From the NCBI GenBank assembly GCA_964413825.1, contig CAYPTS010000005.1:1-51205 (forward strand): a stretch of DNA of 51,205 nucleotides, written 5' to 3'. Below the pieces are notes generated by a model. That model saw only the letters and a program-made list of their open reading frames with translations. It ran no database searches and was not told where the DNA came from. Shown piece by piece: positions 11,860-21,896 of this stretch (position 1 is the stretch's first letter; every line of letters begins with the position of its first letter). A program made the translations under genes and the position numbers. The DNA comes from an uncultured bacterium (GTDB taxonomy: Bacteria; Ratteibacteria; UBA8468; B48-G9; JAFGKM01).

Positions 11860-14365
11860 CTGTTTTCAAAAGGTGTAATATTTTTGCCGTATTATACTGA
11901 AAAGAGCTATCGTCTCGATTCAGAGATGTGGTGAAAGACACTATGCCGTTAACGTAGTTACTTGTAACTGTCTGTTTTGCCGCCAAGTCTATCACTTTCG
12001 GAGGAACCTTGCAGTTCATAGTCACCTGAACCTTTGTGTTTGCTGTGGTTTTGTCCGGTATCCATGGACTGGAAACAAAAATAAGCGCTTCCTTTTCTGT
12101 TTCCAGTCCGTGTCCCCAACCCCCGCCTCTAATGCTGATGCGCCCGGGAGAGATAGGTTCTCCTTCCAGAATGATATGCTCAACCGGGATTATCTGCTGC
12201 ATTACTTCTGCCAGCACCTGGTAGTCCAGCGGCGTCAATCCCAGGCCGGTGTCAAAAAGTATACCTTTCAAGCCAGAAGCAAAAGCCCCAAGCAAGTATT
12301 CTTTGACGTATCTGGAACTCACCATATTATAGACACCTCTTGATTGAATATAGGGAAAATCGACAGTTTTAACTTTGCGGGGCAGTGCATGCCGGTAGAA
12401 AAGATGCGGTCTGTCCACTAACGGATTGGGATGTGTGCCGAATCGTGTACCCACATCATCAAGAACACCTTTTTTCAAGAGGGTTGCGTAATCATGAAAT
12501 GCATGGTGTCCGTAGGGTCCGTCATGCCAAGGAGTGGCAAGCAACTGGCAGAACTTTGCCGGTGAAAGTCCGCGCGTGGACAGTCCCTCGGAAGCTGCTC
12601 TTTTTAACATTAAAAATCTTTCAGCCAGAAAATCGTACCAAAAACTCATCCAGGCGTTTTGATAAAACTTATCTTCTGGTTTCTTTGAAACCACAAATTT
12701 TTCCGGGCAGGCATCTTGCGAGAGTTCTGGATGATGTTTTTTAATGAACTCCTGAAATCGCCGCAGGCAATCCGGGCAAAAACATCCCTTCGGGTCCCAT
12801 CCCCGCGGTTCATAGTCGTGGTAAAAATATTCAAATCCCATAGCCCCGAGTTTGCGATAATCATCCGCGGTTTCTTCTCCAAAGCGTTCCTTTTCATACC
12901 ACGGACATATCCCTCCTCTCTCATCAGGTTTTACCGAACCGTCCGACTGCAATTTCAGAAACGGGGCAGAACGTTGCTCCGAAGAAGGCAGCCATGAACG
13001 TATTGCAACGAAATTCCCAACCGGTTTTATGCCTGCCGGCAGCATCTTTGTTTGAATAATATCCTCGGGTTTACGCAAACATAGAGGATACTGCTTGAAA
13101 TATCCGTCTTCTGTATAGTGCGCAGACATGTCACTCAGGAGTCCGTAACCGGTAAAGTTCATCCCGTTCAATCCTGTCTGTCCGTAACTTTCCCCAAAGT
13201 CCGGCCAGGCAGCAACTTGGTAGATATAAAACCATGGACCTGTAGTTATCAGATGTTTAGGTTTTTCTTTTGTCCATGGAATATTTACCGCATACATCTC
13301 AAATTTTTGTTCGCGTGCCTTCTGAAAAGTTCCATCAGGGAGACTGCGATATGATTCTATGAGAGCCGGACCTAAATATCCCGGACCCTTTTTTCTTGAA
13401 CGCCAGTACCAAGTCTCAACTCTGTTTCTCCTGCCATGGTCAAATTCCGACTCGAGTTCATAGCAGTGAGCCGGCTTCCCATAGAGAGATGTTGCGCCCA
13501 TATCTCTCACAGTATAAAGGTAAGAACTGCCGATTTCTACTTCCGGTGGAACAGTAAGCCGTATCTTATGCAAATCAGACCCTATTCCGAAATTGGTAAA
13601 AAAATAGAAAAACCGGTCTGCCAGATATACGTCAGAACGCCAGTGAAGGGAAAACACATTGGTATTACCATAGATACGTTCCTCTTCCGGATGAGGGTCA
13701 TCATTGCGCACCGGCCGGCCGTAGGCTTCCACTTCCAGAAGTAGAGGACTGCCAATAACTACAAGGGTTTTTCCCTTCAGCCGTAAATCCTTGAGCCGTA
13801 GCGGAACAATCTCTCTTTCCTCATTATACACATCGATTTCCTTCACTGTATCGTATATTCCACCCAATGTGAATGTTCGCCGGTCGCTGGTAGCCATAAC
13901 CCAGAAACGTTGCGGCAGACTTCCGGCAAGGTCGTACGGATTATGCCGGGAGAAGAGAACAACCTCATCGAACCACATCTCCTCATCAAAATCAAAGTAA
14001 AACGCCCATTCCGCAGTTGGCGGCGTCAGCAGATAAGCGGGAATTTTATTCTGTTCTGTATGGAAGGACGTTAACTGGATAGACGGATATGGCTGGGAAA
14101 TAATACCGTCTGTCAGCCAGCCGGCAGGACACTTCTGGTTCACAATTGTCACCTCGCCGTCCTCACTTACCCAACCCTCTGTCCCGAACTTGCGGAATAT
14201 CTTTTCCCCGTAGAAAACACCATCAGAGTACTTTGACAATTGCTGTATTACAAGTGAATAAGGCCTCCCTGAAAGAATGTTTTCGCCGCCCGCTAAAACG
14301 GATGTTGTAAAAACAGCAACAAGGAACACGTAAAGAGACAATTTCCTAATACGGCCAGTATCCAT
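11849..14365 (-). CDS. Secreted 838-aa protein of unknown function, possibly glycoside-hydrolase-like
   Basis: Start placed at internal ATG 14365, which gives a signal-peptide-like N-terminus ([27 protein letters not shown]). The longer ORF overlaps the upstream gene. The [19 protein letters not shown] segment resembles the Cys cluster of GH42-like TIM-barrel glycosidases, but the resemblance is weak. Confidence 0.5.
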   Translation of the reverse strand: MDTGRIRKLSLYVFLVAVFTTSVLAGGENILSGRPYSLVIQQLSKYSDGVFYGEKIFRKFGTEGWVSEDGEVTIVNQKCPAGWLTDGIISQPYPSIQLTSFHTEQNKIPAYLLTPPTAEWAFYFDFDEEMWFDEVVLFSRHNPYDLAGSLPQRFWVMATSDRRTFTLGGIYDTVKEIDVYNEEREIVPLRLKDLRLKGKTLVVIGSPLLLEVEAYGRPVRNDDPHPEEERIYGNTNVFSLHWRSDVYLADRFFYFFTNFGIGSDLHKIRLTVPPEVEIGSSYLYTVRDMGATSLYGKPAHCYELESEFDHGRRNRVETWYWRSRKKGPGYLGPALIESYRSLPDGTFQKAREQKFEMYAVNIPWTKEKPKHLITTGPWFYIYQVAAWPDFGESYGQTGLNGMNFTGYGLLSDMSAHYTEDGYFKQYPLCLRKPEDIIQTKMLPAGIKPVGNFVAIRSWLPSSEQRSAPFLKLQSDGSVKPDERGGICPWYEKERFGEETADDYRKLGAMGFEYFYHDYEPRGWDPKGCFCPDCLRRFQEFIKKHHPELSQDACPEKFVVSKKPEDKFYQNAWMSFWYDFLAERFLMLKRAASEGLSTRGLSPAKFCQLLATPWHDGPYGHHAFHDYATLLKKGVLDDVGTRFGTHPNPLVDRPHLFYRHALPRKVKTVDFPYIQSRGVYNMVSSRYVKEYLLGAFASGLKGILFDTGLGLTPLDYQVLAEVMQQIIPVEHIILEGEPISPGRISIRGGGWGHGLETEKEALIFVSSPWIPDKTTANTKVQVTMNCKVPPKVIDLAAKQTVTSNYVNGIVSFTTSLNRDDSSFQYNTAKILHLLKTDEQ

Positions 14366-15161
14366 AGACCTCCCCCCAGTCTGTTGGTGTTGCTTTCTGA
14401 GTCCAGTTTTTATTTTCCATCCAGGTATTCCAAGGATAACTATCCACATTACCCTGCCACAACCACTTTTGGTCTCCGGGAGCAGCATGCCCATCTGCAT
14501 ACAACACATTGGCAAAATGGCTATGCCGGTAGCACACATCTTGTTGGCTGGGGACAATGTAATATCCCTGTTTTCTTGTATCTGCCTCGGGACTTGCTTG
14601 TCGCCGGTACCACGAATCCACCAGAACCATTTGCTGTTCAGGTTTGGTTATTCGCGAAAGTTTGACCGGATATTTTGTCTCGTAATATGACGTATAATTC
14701 GCATTCCCCAACGCATAATTGTTATAGCCGTACCCACAGTATATCAATTGTGTATGTTTCTTTTGTAGAGACGGGCAGAAGAAAAAACCGTGGCGAGAAA
14801 TGCTAATCTGCTTCCATCCCGCATATCCCGTTCCCATGTCAGTCCCCAGATAGGAAGCGAGCATCTGCGGCCAGACATATTTCCAGTCGTTCCAGCCTGA
14901 CCCGCCGTAAAGACTTGGGGGGAAGCATTCGTCGTAGTCTCCTAAGTACATATGGAATGCCAGTCCGAGTTGCTTCAGATTATTTACGCAAACGGCAGCC
15001 CGCGCCCTTTCCCTCGCCTGTGACAGCGCCGGAAGAAGCATCGCCGCCAGGATGGCTATGATAGCCACCACTACAAGCAATTCAATCAAGGTGAAGGCTT
15101 TCTTGTTTTGTTTCCGCCTGTTTTTAAAGATTTGGTGAAGAAAAAAATTTTTTCTGTCCAT
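14346..15161 (-). CDS. Prepilin-type N-terminal cleavage/methylation domain protein (DUF1559-like pseudopilin)
   Basis: N-terminus [27 protein letters not shown] and C-terminus [14 protein letters not shown] (H-X9-DG-like). This family is expanded in PVC-type bacteria. Confidence 0.85.
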   Translation of the reverse strand: MDRKNFFLHQIFKNRRKQNKKAFTLIELLVVVAIIAILAAMLLPALSQARERARAAVCVNNLKQLGLAFHMYLGDYDECFPPSLYGGSGWNDWKYVWPQMLASYLGTDMGTGYAGWKQISISRHGFFFCPSLQKKHTQLIYCGYGYNNYALGNANYTSYYETKYPVKLSRITKPEQQMVLVDSWYRRQASPEADTRKQGYYIVPSQQDVCYRHSHFANVLYADGHAAPGDQKWLWQGNVDSYPWNTWMENKNWTQKATPTDWGEVYGYWPY

Positions 15162-15250
15162 TTTTCCATTTCTCCTTTAACTTAAATACTGCCTGATGCA
15201 GACTGTTTGTTCTGCTTAATATTCTTTATTTCATCACCCCCCCCGTCCAT

Positions 15251-16258
15251 TCAATCCCCCTTAAATCCACAGGATTTTCTGACAACAAGTTCCGGCTGAA
15301 TAACTACCTCTTCATAAGGAACTCCTGAATTCTGTTTCTTCGCAATGCTCACTATTATCCTGACCAATTCTCCGGCGATGATATCGACGGGCAAAGATAT
15401 CGTCGTAAGGGACGGCGTTAGAAATCTTCCTTCCCTGATATTGTCAAATCCAACCATAGCCATCTCCCCGGGCATCTTCATCCCTGCTTCTCCTATGGCA
15501 TGCATCGCACCTATCGCAAAAACGTCGTTTCTGGCAAACACAGCAGTGGGCATCTCTTTAAAAGATAAAATTTTTTTCATGCATTCATATCCCTGTTCCA
15601 TGTAATCCCTGCACTGTTCATGGGAATAAGGAGTAATCCAATTTTCATCGAAAACCGCCTTGTGTTTTAACAAAGTATCTTTATATCCGATAAATCTCGG
15701 TTCATCCACCGCTGAACCTATAAAACCTATCGTCCGATGCCCGCATTTTATAAGGTGTTCCGTTGCCAAACACCCTCCCTTATAGATATCTACTGATACA
15801 TAGTTGTTGAGAATTACGGGTTTATTAAAGAAAACCATCCCGATGTTTTCCTTTTGCAGTTCCATTATGGATTTCACTTCTCTGGTCAGGAAATCGGAAG
15901 TAACGATAATGCCTTCAACACCCCTGTTGAGCAAAAACTCGATGGCTTCTTTGCAATCATTCGGCCCGGTAACCGGAAAAAAAATAGCCGTATAGCCTTG
16001 TTTATGCAAAAAAGAATGAATCTTAGCGGTGAGTTCTGCGAAAAAAGGATGGGAAAAGGACGGTGTAATTACACCGATTAGAAAAGTCTTTTTTAAGGAC
16101 AGGCTTCTTGCCGCCATGTTAGGCCTGTAATTCAGAGTTGAAGCCAGTTTTTTCACCCTGTCTTTTGTCTGCTTCTTGACTTTTGGCGAATCTCTTAGTG
16201 CAAGCGAAACAGTCGATCTGGAAATTTTTAATATATCCGCTATTTCTTCTTGTACCAT
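15251..16258 (-). CDS. LacI family transcriptional regulator
   Basis: Start placed at internal ATG 16258. N-terminal HTH EEIADILKISRSTVSLALRD followed by a periplasmic-binding-protein-like sugar-binding fold. A consensus promoter lies just upstream. Confidence 0.85.
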   Translation of the reverse strand: MVQEEIADILKISRSTVSLALRDSPKVKKQTKDRVKKLASTLNYRPNMAARSLSLKKTFLIGVITPSFSHPFFAELTAKIHSFLHKQGYTAIFFPVTGPNDCKEAIEFLLNRGVEGIIVTSDFLTREVKSIMELQKENIGMVFFNKPVILNNYVSVDIYKGGCLATEHLIKCGHRTIGFIGSAVDEPRFIGYKDTLLKHKAVFDENWITPYSHEQCRDYMEQGYECMKKILSFKEMPTAVFARNDVFAIGAMHAIGEAGMKMPGEMAMVGFDNIREGRFLTPSLTTISLPVDIIAGELVRIIVSIAKKQNSGVPYEEVVIQPELVVRKSCGFKGD

Positions 16259-16291
16259 TGTTTTATCCTCTTTTTCACGCGGTTGAATTTC

Positions 16292-16320
16292 ATTATACCA
16301 TCTGTTTTTGAATTTGTCAA
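16292..16320 (-). promoter_or_regulatory. Consensus extended -10 promoter upstream of the LacI-family gene
   Basis: On the minus strand: TTGACA (16320-16315), 17-nt spacer ending in TGG, TATAAT (16297-16292). The ATG lies 34 nt downstream. A direct repeat of cggttgaattt occurs at 16280-16290 and 16359-16369. Confidence 0.6.
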
Positions 16321-16443
16321 TAATAATTGTGTAAGTCCGGCAATATAGATATTTCACTCGGTTGAATTTATTAAACGGATACCCATCTCTTTCCGTAGAG
16401 GGACTGTCAACATTGGAGATACCATGAGGAAAAAAGTTGTCTG

Positions 16444-16959
16444 TCAAAATTCCAGCAAATGCTCTGTTTTGACGCCGAGCGCTTCGGCCGTCTTTTTGAG
16501 AGATGTAACAGAAAGATTTTCCCTTCCTCTCTCTATGCGGGATACGAACTGCTGGGACACGTCCATCTTTTCCGCCAGTTGTTCCTGCGTCAGATTTTTA
16601 TTCTTTCTTATATGCGTTACTTTTTTGCCGATGCCTGACAATAACGGGTCGGAAGGATGAACCGGCTTTTTCTTTTCCAGAACGCCCTTTGCTTTCAGTT
16701 TCTCCCGCACGTTTTCATATACCGCCTGCCAGAAAACGATGCGCGGCTGCGCCCAGTTGTTCTTGCGCATAACCTTTTTTATCCCCTGCCAGTTGCTGAC
16801 AAAATCCACGGGATTTATGTAACCGGCAAAAACCTCCTTCGGAGCATTGCTCCTTTCCAGAAGCAAAGCGGAAAACTCCAAAAACCTCGGATTGCCGGGG
16901 TTTTTCAATATCTCCTTAACCTTTTCCTCTTTTATCTTCCTGTCCCAGAGCCAGTTCAT
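16444..16959 (-). CDS. XRE-family HTH protein with an uncharacterised N-terminal domain
   Basis: C-terminal HTH LTQEQLAEKMDVSQQFVSRIERG. The ~110-aa N-terminal domain is not recognised. Start placed at internal ATG 16959. Confidence 0.65.
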   Translation of the reverse strand: MNWLWDRKIKEEKVKEILKNPGNPRFLEFSALLLERSNAPKEVFAGYINPVDFVSNWQGIKKVMRKNNWAQPRIVFWQAVYENVREKLKAKGVLEKKKPVHPSDPLLSGIGKKVTHIRKNKNLTQEQLAEKMDVSQQFVSRIERGRENLSVTSLKKTAEALGVKTEHLLEF

Positions 16960-17140
16960 AATTCGCCGACCTCTTTTTCTATGCCTATATTTTGAATTTT
17001 CTTGCCATGTTCCATAGTACAACTTATATGTTGTATTGTCAAGTCTTTTACAATTGATATGTTGTTAAAATTCGCGCTCTGCCGGCCGCGGCGCCCTAAA
17101 CATACTTGCTGTTGTTATAAAAATGGGATAAAATGGGGGC

Positions 17141-18142
17141 ATGGAAGAAGAGATAAAAAGGACTTACGATTCCATACAATACTTCAGGGACATCAGCCCC
17201 CGCACGTATCAGTTGATGGGCTATCTCGGATACAACAAAGAAGACGAATTCGAGAACCCGCACGGCAGATGGGCCGTATACACAAAAAAGGATTTTTCCT
17301 TCCCTTATTTCAACACGGAGTATTCCTCTCCGGTAAACAAGTTCGTCGCGGTTTACAAAGGCGCAAACGGTAAAAACATGTTTGTCTACGGGTCGTTCGA
17401 GGCGCAGGATACCGGCGGTACAAAAAAAAATCTGCTCACCTTCACCAATACCATGCTTGCCCCGGTGGAAAAATTTCTCGGAATCCCGGTAACGCTGACC
17501 GAAGAAAACGCCCGGGACTACGGCTACATCCGCGGAGTAATCCTGGGCATTGTGCTGATTATCGCAGATTTTGTATATTCCTGGACGTTTAAACTAAACG
17601 AAGGCATACTGACAGGGTTTATCGAGTACATAAAACGGGTGTACGACGGCAATCCGGCACTCGGCAACGCCATAGGAATAGCCTGGACCGGCATGTATTT
17701 CGGCCTTCCCCTGATTCTCATGCCTATACTCTACGGGAATGTCTGCGTCAGGCGGGCGGCGCAGGCAATGCAGAAAAAACTTAAACGCATAGAGCCTATT
17801 CTTACCGGTTACGAGTTCGGAGTTAACGCCGAAAACGCCCTTGAAGAGGAACTCGCCACCATAATAGACGAAAAGAAAAAAGCGGTCATATACGATGAAA
17901 TGCTGAAGACGGATGCAAAACTCGGCAAAGAAGATTTCGAAACACTTTACAGACAGATTCAGGAGGGTTTTTTATCGCCGGACGCCCTGAGGGATTTCAT
18001 AGACGACGTAAAAAAACTGGCGGGAGACAAACTGCCGTTTGAAAAGTTCGTGGAGATTATCGCCAGATACCACAAAGCCGACCTTGTGACCGACTTTACC
18101 ATCAAACCTTTTACCCCGAATCTTGATACGCTTTCATCGTGA
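17141..18142 (+). CDS. Hypothetical membrane protein
   Basis: 333 aa with two clear hydrophobic helices (GVILGIVLIIADFVYSW, IAWTGMYFGLPLILMPILYG) between soluble N- and C-terminal regions. No recognisable motifs. Confidence 0.55.
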   Translation: MEEEIKRTYDSIQYFRDISPRTYQLMGYLGYNKEDEFENPHGRWAVYTKKDFSFPYFNTEYSSPVNKFVAVYKGANGKNMFVYGSFEAQDTGGTKKNLLTFTNTMLAPVEKFLGIPVTLTEENARDYGYIRGVILGIVLIIADFVYSWTFKLNEGILTGFIEYIKRVYDGNPALGNAIGIAWTGMYFGLPLILMPILYGNVCVRRAAQAMQKKLKRIEPILTGYEFGVNAENALEEELATIIDEKKKAVIYDEMLKTDAKLGKEDFETLYRQIQEGFLSPDALRDFIDDVKKLAGDKLPFEKFVEIIARYHKADLVTDFTIKPFTPNLDTLSS

Positions 18143-18172
18143 AGTGTTAACGATGTTGTTTTTTTTGTCATT

Positions 18173-18196
18173 CCCTAATCTCCGATCCCGAACCTC
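18173..18196 (-). repeat. Family C fragment C3
   Basis: ccctaatctccgatcccgaacctct matches the reverse complement of the C2 5' end (cctctaatcccgagtcccgaacctct). It abuts the Maf-RlmD stop codon. Confidence 0.55.
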
Positions 18197-20125
18197 TTAG
18201 CCTGTCTTTACAAAAACACCCATGCATTCCATGTGCGGGGTGTGCGGGAAGAAATCGGCGCAGTACAGTTTCTTCAGTTCGTACCCGCCTTCTTTCAGCA
18301 GTGCGGAGTCCCTGGCAAAGGCGGCGGGATTGCAGGAAACGTAAACGAGAGACGGAGAATTTACTGCGAGGATATTTTTTAACGCTTTCCCGCTCAAACC
18401 CGCCCGCGGCGGGTCTACGATGACAACCTGTGCGCCCTCTCCGGCAGGAAAACTACCTTTCAGGACGTCTTCAACGTACCCGCAGTAAAACCGGCAGTTG
18501 GCAATCTTGTTCAATTTGCAGTTTTCTTCCGCGTTGTTGATATTCGCCTGTTCCGAGTCCACTCCTGCAACCTCCCCGGCAACGCCGGATATAAACATCT
18601 CTATGGCGCCTGTGCCGCAGTACAGTCCCAACACCTTTCCGCCTGCGGCCAGTTCCTTCACATTGTCCGCTATCTTCCCATACAAGACCTGCGCCCCGCG
18701 GGTATTGGGCTGGAAAAACGACTGCGGGTATACCCGAAACTTAAGGTCTTCCATCCTTTCTTCTATGTACTGCCTTCCGTAAAGATGGTGCTTTTTCTCA
18801 AACGACACCACGTCGGAAATCCTGTCGTTTTCCACCCACCACAAACTCTTGATTCTTTCCGGCAGGTCCGCGGCAAGGCCCGTCATATCCGGAACCTGCC
18901 CGCCGGTTGTAACAAGAACAGCCATCAATTCTCCGGTATTTTTCCCTTCCCTCAACACAAGATGCCTGAAAAATCCCTTTTTTGAACCCGGGTCATACGC
19001 TCCCAGCCCCGTCTTCCGTGCAAACTTAAGGAAAACGGGAAAAACCTCCTTTACCGCAGGGCTGAATATGGGGCATTCGTCCAGCGTAACGCTTTCCCGG
19101 GCATACAGGGAAAACGGGGAAGTCCTTTCACGCAGTCCGAGAAAAACCCCGCCTTCGCCTTGTCCGAAGGCAAACTCCATCTTATTCCTGTAATAGAAAA
19201 CATCCGGCGAGGGAATAATTGAATTCGTTTCAATCTTTCCCGTATCGATGCCGCCTATCTTGCCGAGCGTCCTTAAAAGATACCTTTCTTTCAGGTCCGT
19301 TTGTTTTTTATATTCGAGGTCCTGGAAGGCGCATCCTCCGCATGTCCCGAAATGCGGGCATTCAGGCACAGCCCTGTAAGGAGATTTTTCGACAATGCCG
19401 GCAACCTCGCCGTAAGAAAAATTTCTTGACTTTTTGTCAACCAGCCGCACCCTGACCCTGTCGCCGTATACCGCTCCCGGGATAAAAACCACCTTGCCCT
19501 CCACCCTGCCGACAGCCCATGTTTTGGGAAATGCGATATCTGCCGCCTCCGCCTCGAATTCAGGCAGAAAAAACCGCTCAAGCAGTTTTTTAAGCCGGTA
19601 TACCGGCAGACCGACCACGTTGTCATAATCACCCTTGATTTTTTCCACGAACCTGTCGCCGACCTCTTGTATGGCGTAAGCGCCGGCTTTGTCCATGTAC
19701 TCGTTTTTCGAAAGGTACTCCTCGATGTCTCCTTTCGCCAACTGCCTGAACTGCACCCGGGTAATCTCGTAGCCGGTAAGCAGCCGCTCCCCGTCTTTTT
19801 TGTAAACGGCTATACCGGTTATAACCTTGTGGCTTGTCCCGGACAGTTTTTCCAGAATCCTTTTTGCATCGCCGAGGTCCTTCGGCTTGCCTATGATTTC
19901 CCTGTCAAGCGCAACAACCGTATCCGCGCCTATGACGACATCCCCGGGATGCCCCCGCCCGACGTCCTTTGCCTTTAGCACTGCCGCTTCCACGGCAAAG
20001 CACACCGGGTCTTTCTCCGCAACGGCGCTTTCATCAGCGGCGCTCGGCACAACGATGAAACCGTCCGTTACCCGTTTCATCAGTTCCCGCCGCCTGGGCG
20101 ACTTTGATGCCAGTATTATATCCAT
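18197..20125 (-). CDS. Fusion protein: Maf nucleotide pyrophosphatase plus RumA/RlmD-type 23S rRNA (uracil-5)-methyltransferase
   Basis: Residues 1-~186 look like Maf (ASKSPRRRELM, GAYAIQE). The remainder has a TRAM domain, an Fe-S Cys cluster (CPHFGTCGGCAFQ), a SAM motif (LYCGTGAIEMF), DPPRAGL and the catalytic SCNP. Confidence 0.85.
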   Translation of the reverse strand: MDIILASKSPRRRELMKRVTDGFIVVPSAADESAVAEKDPVCFAVEAAVLKAKDVGRGHPGDVVIGADTVVALDREIIGKPKDLGDAKRILEKLSGTSHKVITGIAVYKKDGERLLTGYEITRVQFRQLAKGDIEEYLSKNEYMDKAGAYAIQEVGDRFVEKIKGDYDNVVGLPVYRLKKLLERFFLPEFEAEAADIAFPKTWAVGRVEGKVVFIPGAVYGDRVRVRLVDKKSRNFSYGEVAGIVEKSPYRAVPECPHFGTCGGCAFQDLEYKKQTDLKERYLLRTLGKIGGIDTGKIETNSIIPSPDVFYYRNKMEFAFGQGEGGVFLGLRERTSPFSLYARESVTLDECPIFSPAVKEVFPVFLKFARKTGLGAYDPGSKKGFFRHLVLREGKNTGELMAVLVTTGGQVPDMTGLAADLPERIKSLWWVENDRISDVVSFEKKHHLYGRQYIEERMEDLKFRVYPQSFFQPNTRGAQVLYGKIADNVKELAAGGKVLGLYCGTGAIEMFISGVAGEVAGVDSEQANINNAEENCKLNKIANCRFYCGYVEDVLKGSFPAGEGAQVVIVDPPRAGLSGKALKNILAVNSPSLVYVSCNPAAFARDSALLKEGGYELKKLYCADFFPHTPHMECMGVFVKTG

Positions 20126-20153
20126 AGTTTTTATATTGGGGAGAAATCCCGCA

Positions 20154-21386
20154 TTAGTTGTTGGGAAAGACAGTCTGTTCTTTACTCGTCAAGGTTTCTA
20201 TCCGGGACATAAGAACGTCCTTCATCTCCACAAACTGCGGCATGTACTTTTCGTCAAGGGGATACGACGGGGGCATCTTCAGCGTAAGGAAATTGAGGAA
20301 TTTCCCGCCTTTCTGTATACGGAAGTCCAGATGCGGACCTGTTGACAAGCCGGTTGACCCGACATAGCCGATAACCTGCCCTTTTCTCACCTTTGCGCCC
20401 TTTCTAACGCCCTTTGCAATTCTCGACAGGTGCCCGTACCAGGAGATGTAGCCGTTTGGATGTTTTATTATTACCGCATTGCCCAGCCCGCCCCTTCTTC
20501 CGGTAAAGTTCACGGTGCCGTTTCCTATGGAAGAAACGGGAGTTCCCGATTGAGCGGCATAATCTATGCCGAGGTGCGGACGGTATACTCTGCGTATCGG
20601 ATGAAACCTCCTGTGGGTGAAATGGGAGGATATGCGCCTGTAGTTCAGCGGCGCCTTCAGAAAAGCCGACTCGACGCTTTTTCCTTTTTCGTCGTAATAT
20701 CCGCCTTTTCCTTCCGGCGTTTCAAAATAAAAGGCATAATGAGTGCTGTCGCCGTTGCTGTAAGATGCCGCGGAAACACTTACGTCTTTCAGCGGATTGC
20801 CATGCTTGTCGAAATACGACTCCCACAGAATATTGAAGCCGTCGCCAGTACGGCAGTCGGTAAAAAAATCCACCTTGGAAGCGAATATTTCTGCAAACTG
20901 TATGATTATCTCCGGATTTACGCTTACGTAAGACATGCTCTCGTACAGGGAACTTCTTATCTCTCCGCGCACCCCGCGCATCATCCTCTCCGACTCCACC
21001 TGCAGTGCTGAAGCCAGGTACGTATCTTCTACGCGGTCAACCTCCACGATGTAAAAATCCATGGGCCCGGCGTAGTATATGAATTTTACGAACTCTTCCT
21101 CATTGGTCAGGTAAAGTTCCCATCTGTCGCCGATTCTGCACCTCCGCAGGTTGAACACCTTTTTCAACTCGGCGGTTATCCGGTTTACTTCAGACGCCGG
21201 TATGTTTTGAGCCAGCAGGAGGTCGCCCAGCAGGTCGCCTTCGGAAATACATCCTTCAATAATCTGGTATCGGGGACCGCGGCGCAGGGAAAAACTTCCG
21301 TTTTTTATTTTGAGAAGGACAAAAGGAAGGAGTACAATCAGGGTGAGCAACGCAATAAAAACTATTTTTCTTTTCACCATAATCAC
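20154..21386 (-). CDS. M23 family metallopeptidase
   Basis: N-terminal TM helix. HLGIDYAA and GSTGLSTGPHLDF zinc-binding motifs. The start codon is GTG. Confidence 0.85.
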   Translation of the reverse strand: MIMVKRKIVFIALLTLIVLLPFVLLKIKNGSFSLRRGPRYQIIEGCISEGDLLGDLLLAQNIPASEVNRITAELKKVFNLRRCRIGDRWELYLTNEEEFVKFIYYAGPMDFYIVEVDRVEDTYLASALQVESERMMRGVRGEIRSSLYESMSYVSVNPEIIIQFAEIFASKVDFFTDCRTGDGFNILWESYFDKHGNPLKDVSVSAASYSNGDSTHYAFYFETPEGKGGYYDEKGKSVESAFLKAPLNYRRISSHFTHRRFHPIRRVYRPHLGIDYAAQSGTPVSSIGNGTVNFTGRRGGLGNAVIIKHPNGYISWYGHLSRIAKGVRKGAKVRKGQVIGYVGSTGLSTGPHLDFRIQKGGKFLNFLTLKMPPSYPLDEKYMPQFVEMKDVLMSRIETLTSKEQTVFPNN

Positions 21387-21863
21387 CTATAAGTTTTCTG
21401 CCAGAAGCACGGAAACCATGCAGGCGCAGGCGTTTCCGGCGCCAATTTCCCCCATGCCCTCAAAAGTTTTCGCCTTCAGCCCGATTCTGTCTTTTTCAAG
21501 TTTGAGAATTTCCGACAAACTGTCTCTTATCGCCCCGTAGAAAGGCAATATCTTCGGCTTTTCGCAGATAACGACAATATCGACATTCTCTATGCGGTGT
21601 TTCTCTTCTTCAAGAACCCGCAACGCCTTTTCAAGGATTTCCCTGCTGTCAATTCCCTTTATGGCAAGGTCCGTATCAGGGAAAAAAGAACCTATGTCCG
21701 GCTTTCCCGCGGCTCCGAGCAGGGCGTCGCTTAAGGCATGGAGAAGAACATCCCCGTCGCTGTGTCCCAGCAGTCCTTTCTCAAACGGTATGTGCACGCC
21801 GCCCAAAACAAACTTCCTGCCTTCCGCAAACCTGTGGATATCAAACCCCAGCCCTGTTCTCAT
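21387..21863 (-). CDS. ispF: 2-C-methyl-D-erythritol 2,4-cyclodiphosphate synthase
   Basis: 158 aa with GFDIHRF, GHSDGDVLLHAL and PKI motifs. Confidence 0.93.
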   Translation of the reverse strand: MRTGLGFDIHRFAEGRKFVLGGVHIPFEKGLLGHSDGDVLLHALSDALLGAAGKPDIGSFFPDTDLAIKGIDSREILEKALRVLEEEKHRIENVDIVVICEKPKILPFYGAIRDSLSEILKLEKDRIGLKAKTFEGMGEIGAGNACACMVSVLLAENL

Positions 21864-21896
21864 TTCCCTTAATTATAAACCACCTTACCGATGAAA

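Noticed and set aside
14366-14557. The longer 902-aa version of the secreted protein.
   Set aside because: The extension overlaps the DUF1559 gene by about 210 nt. The internal ATG at 14365 gives a clean signal peptide.
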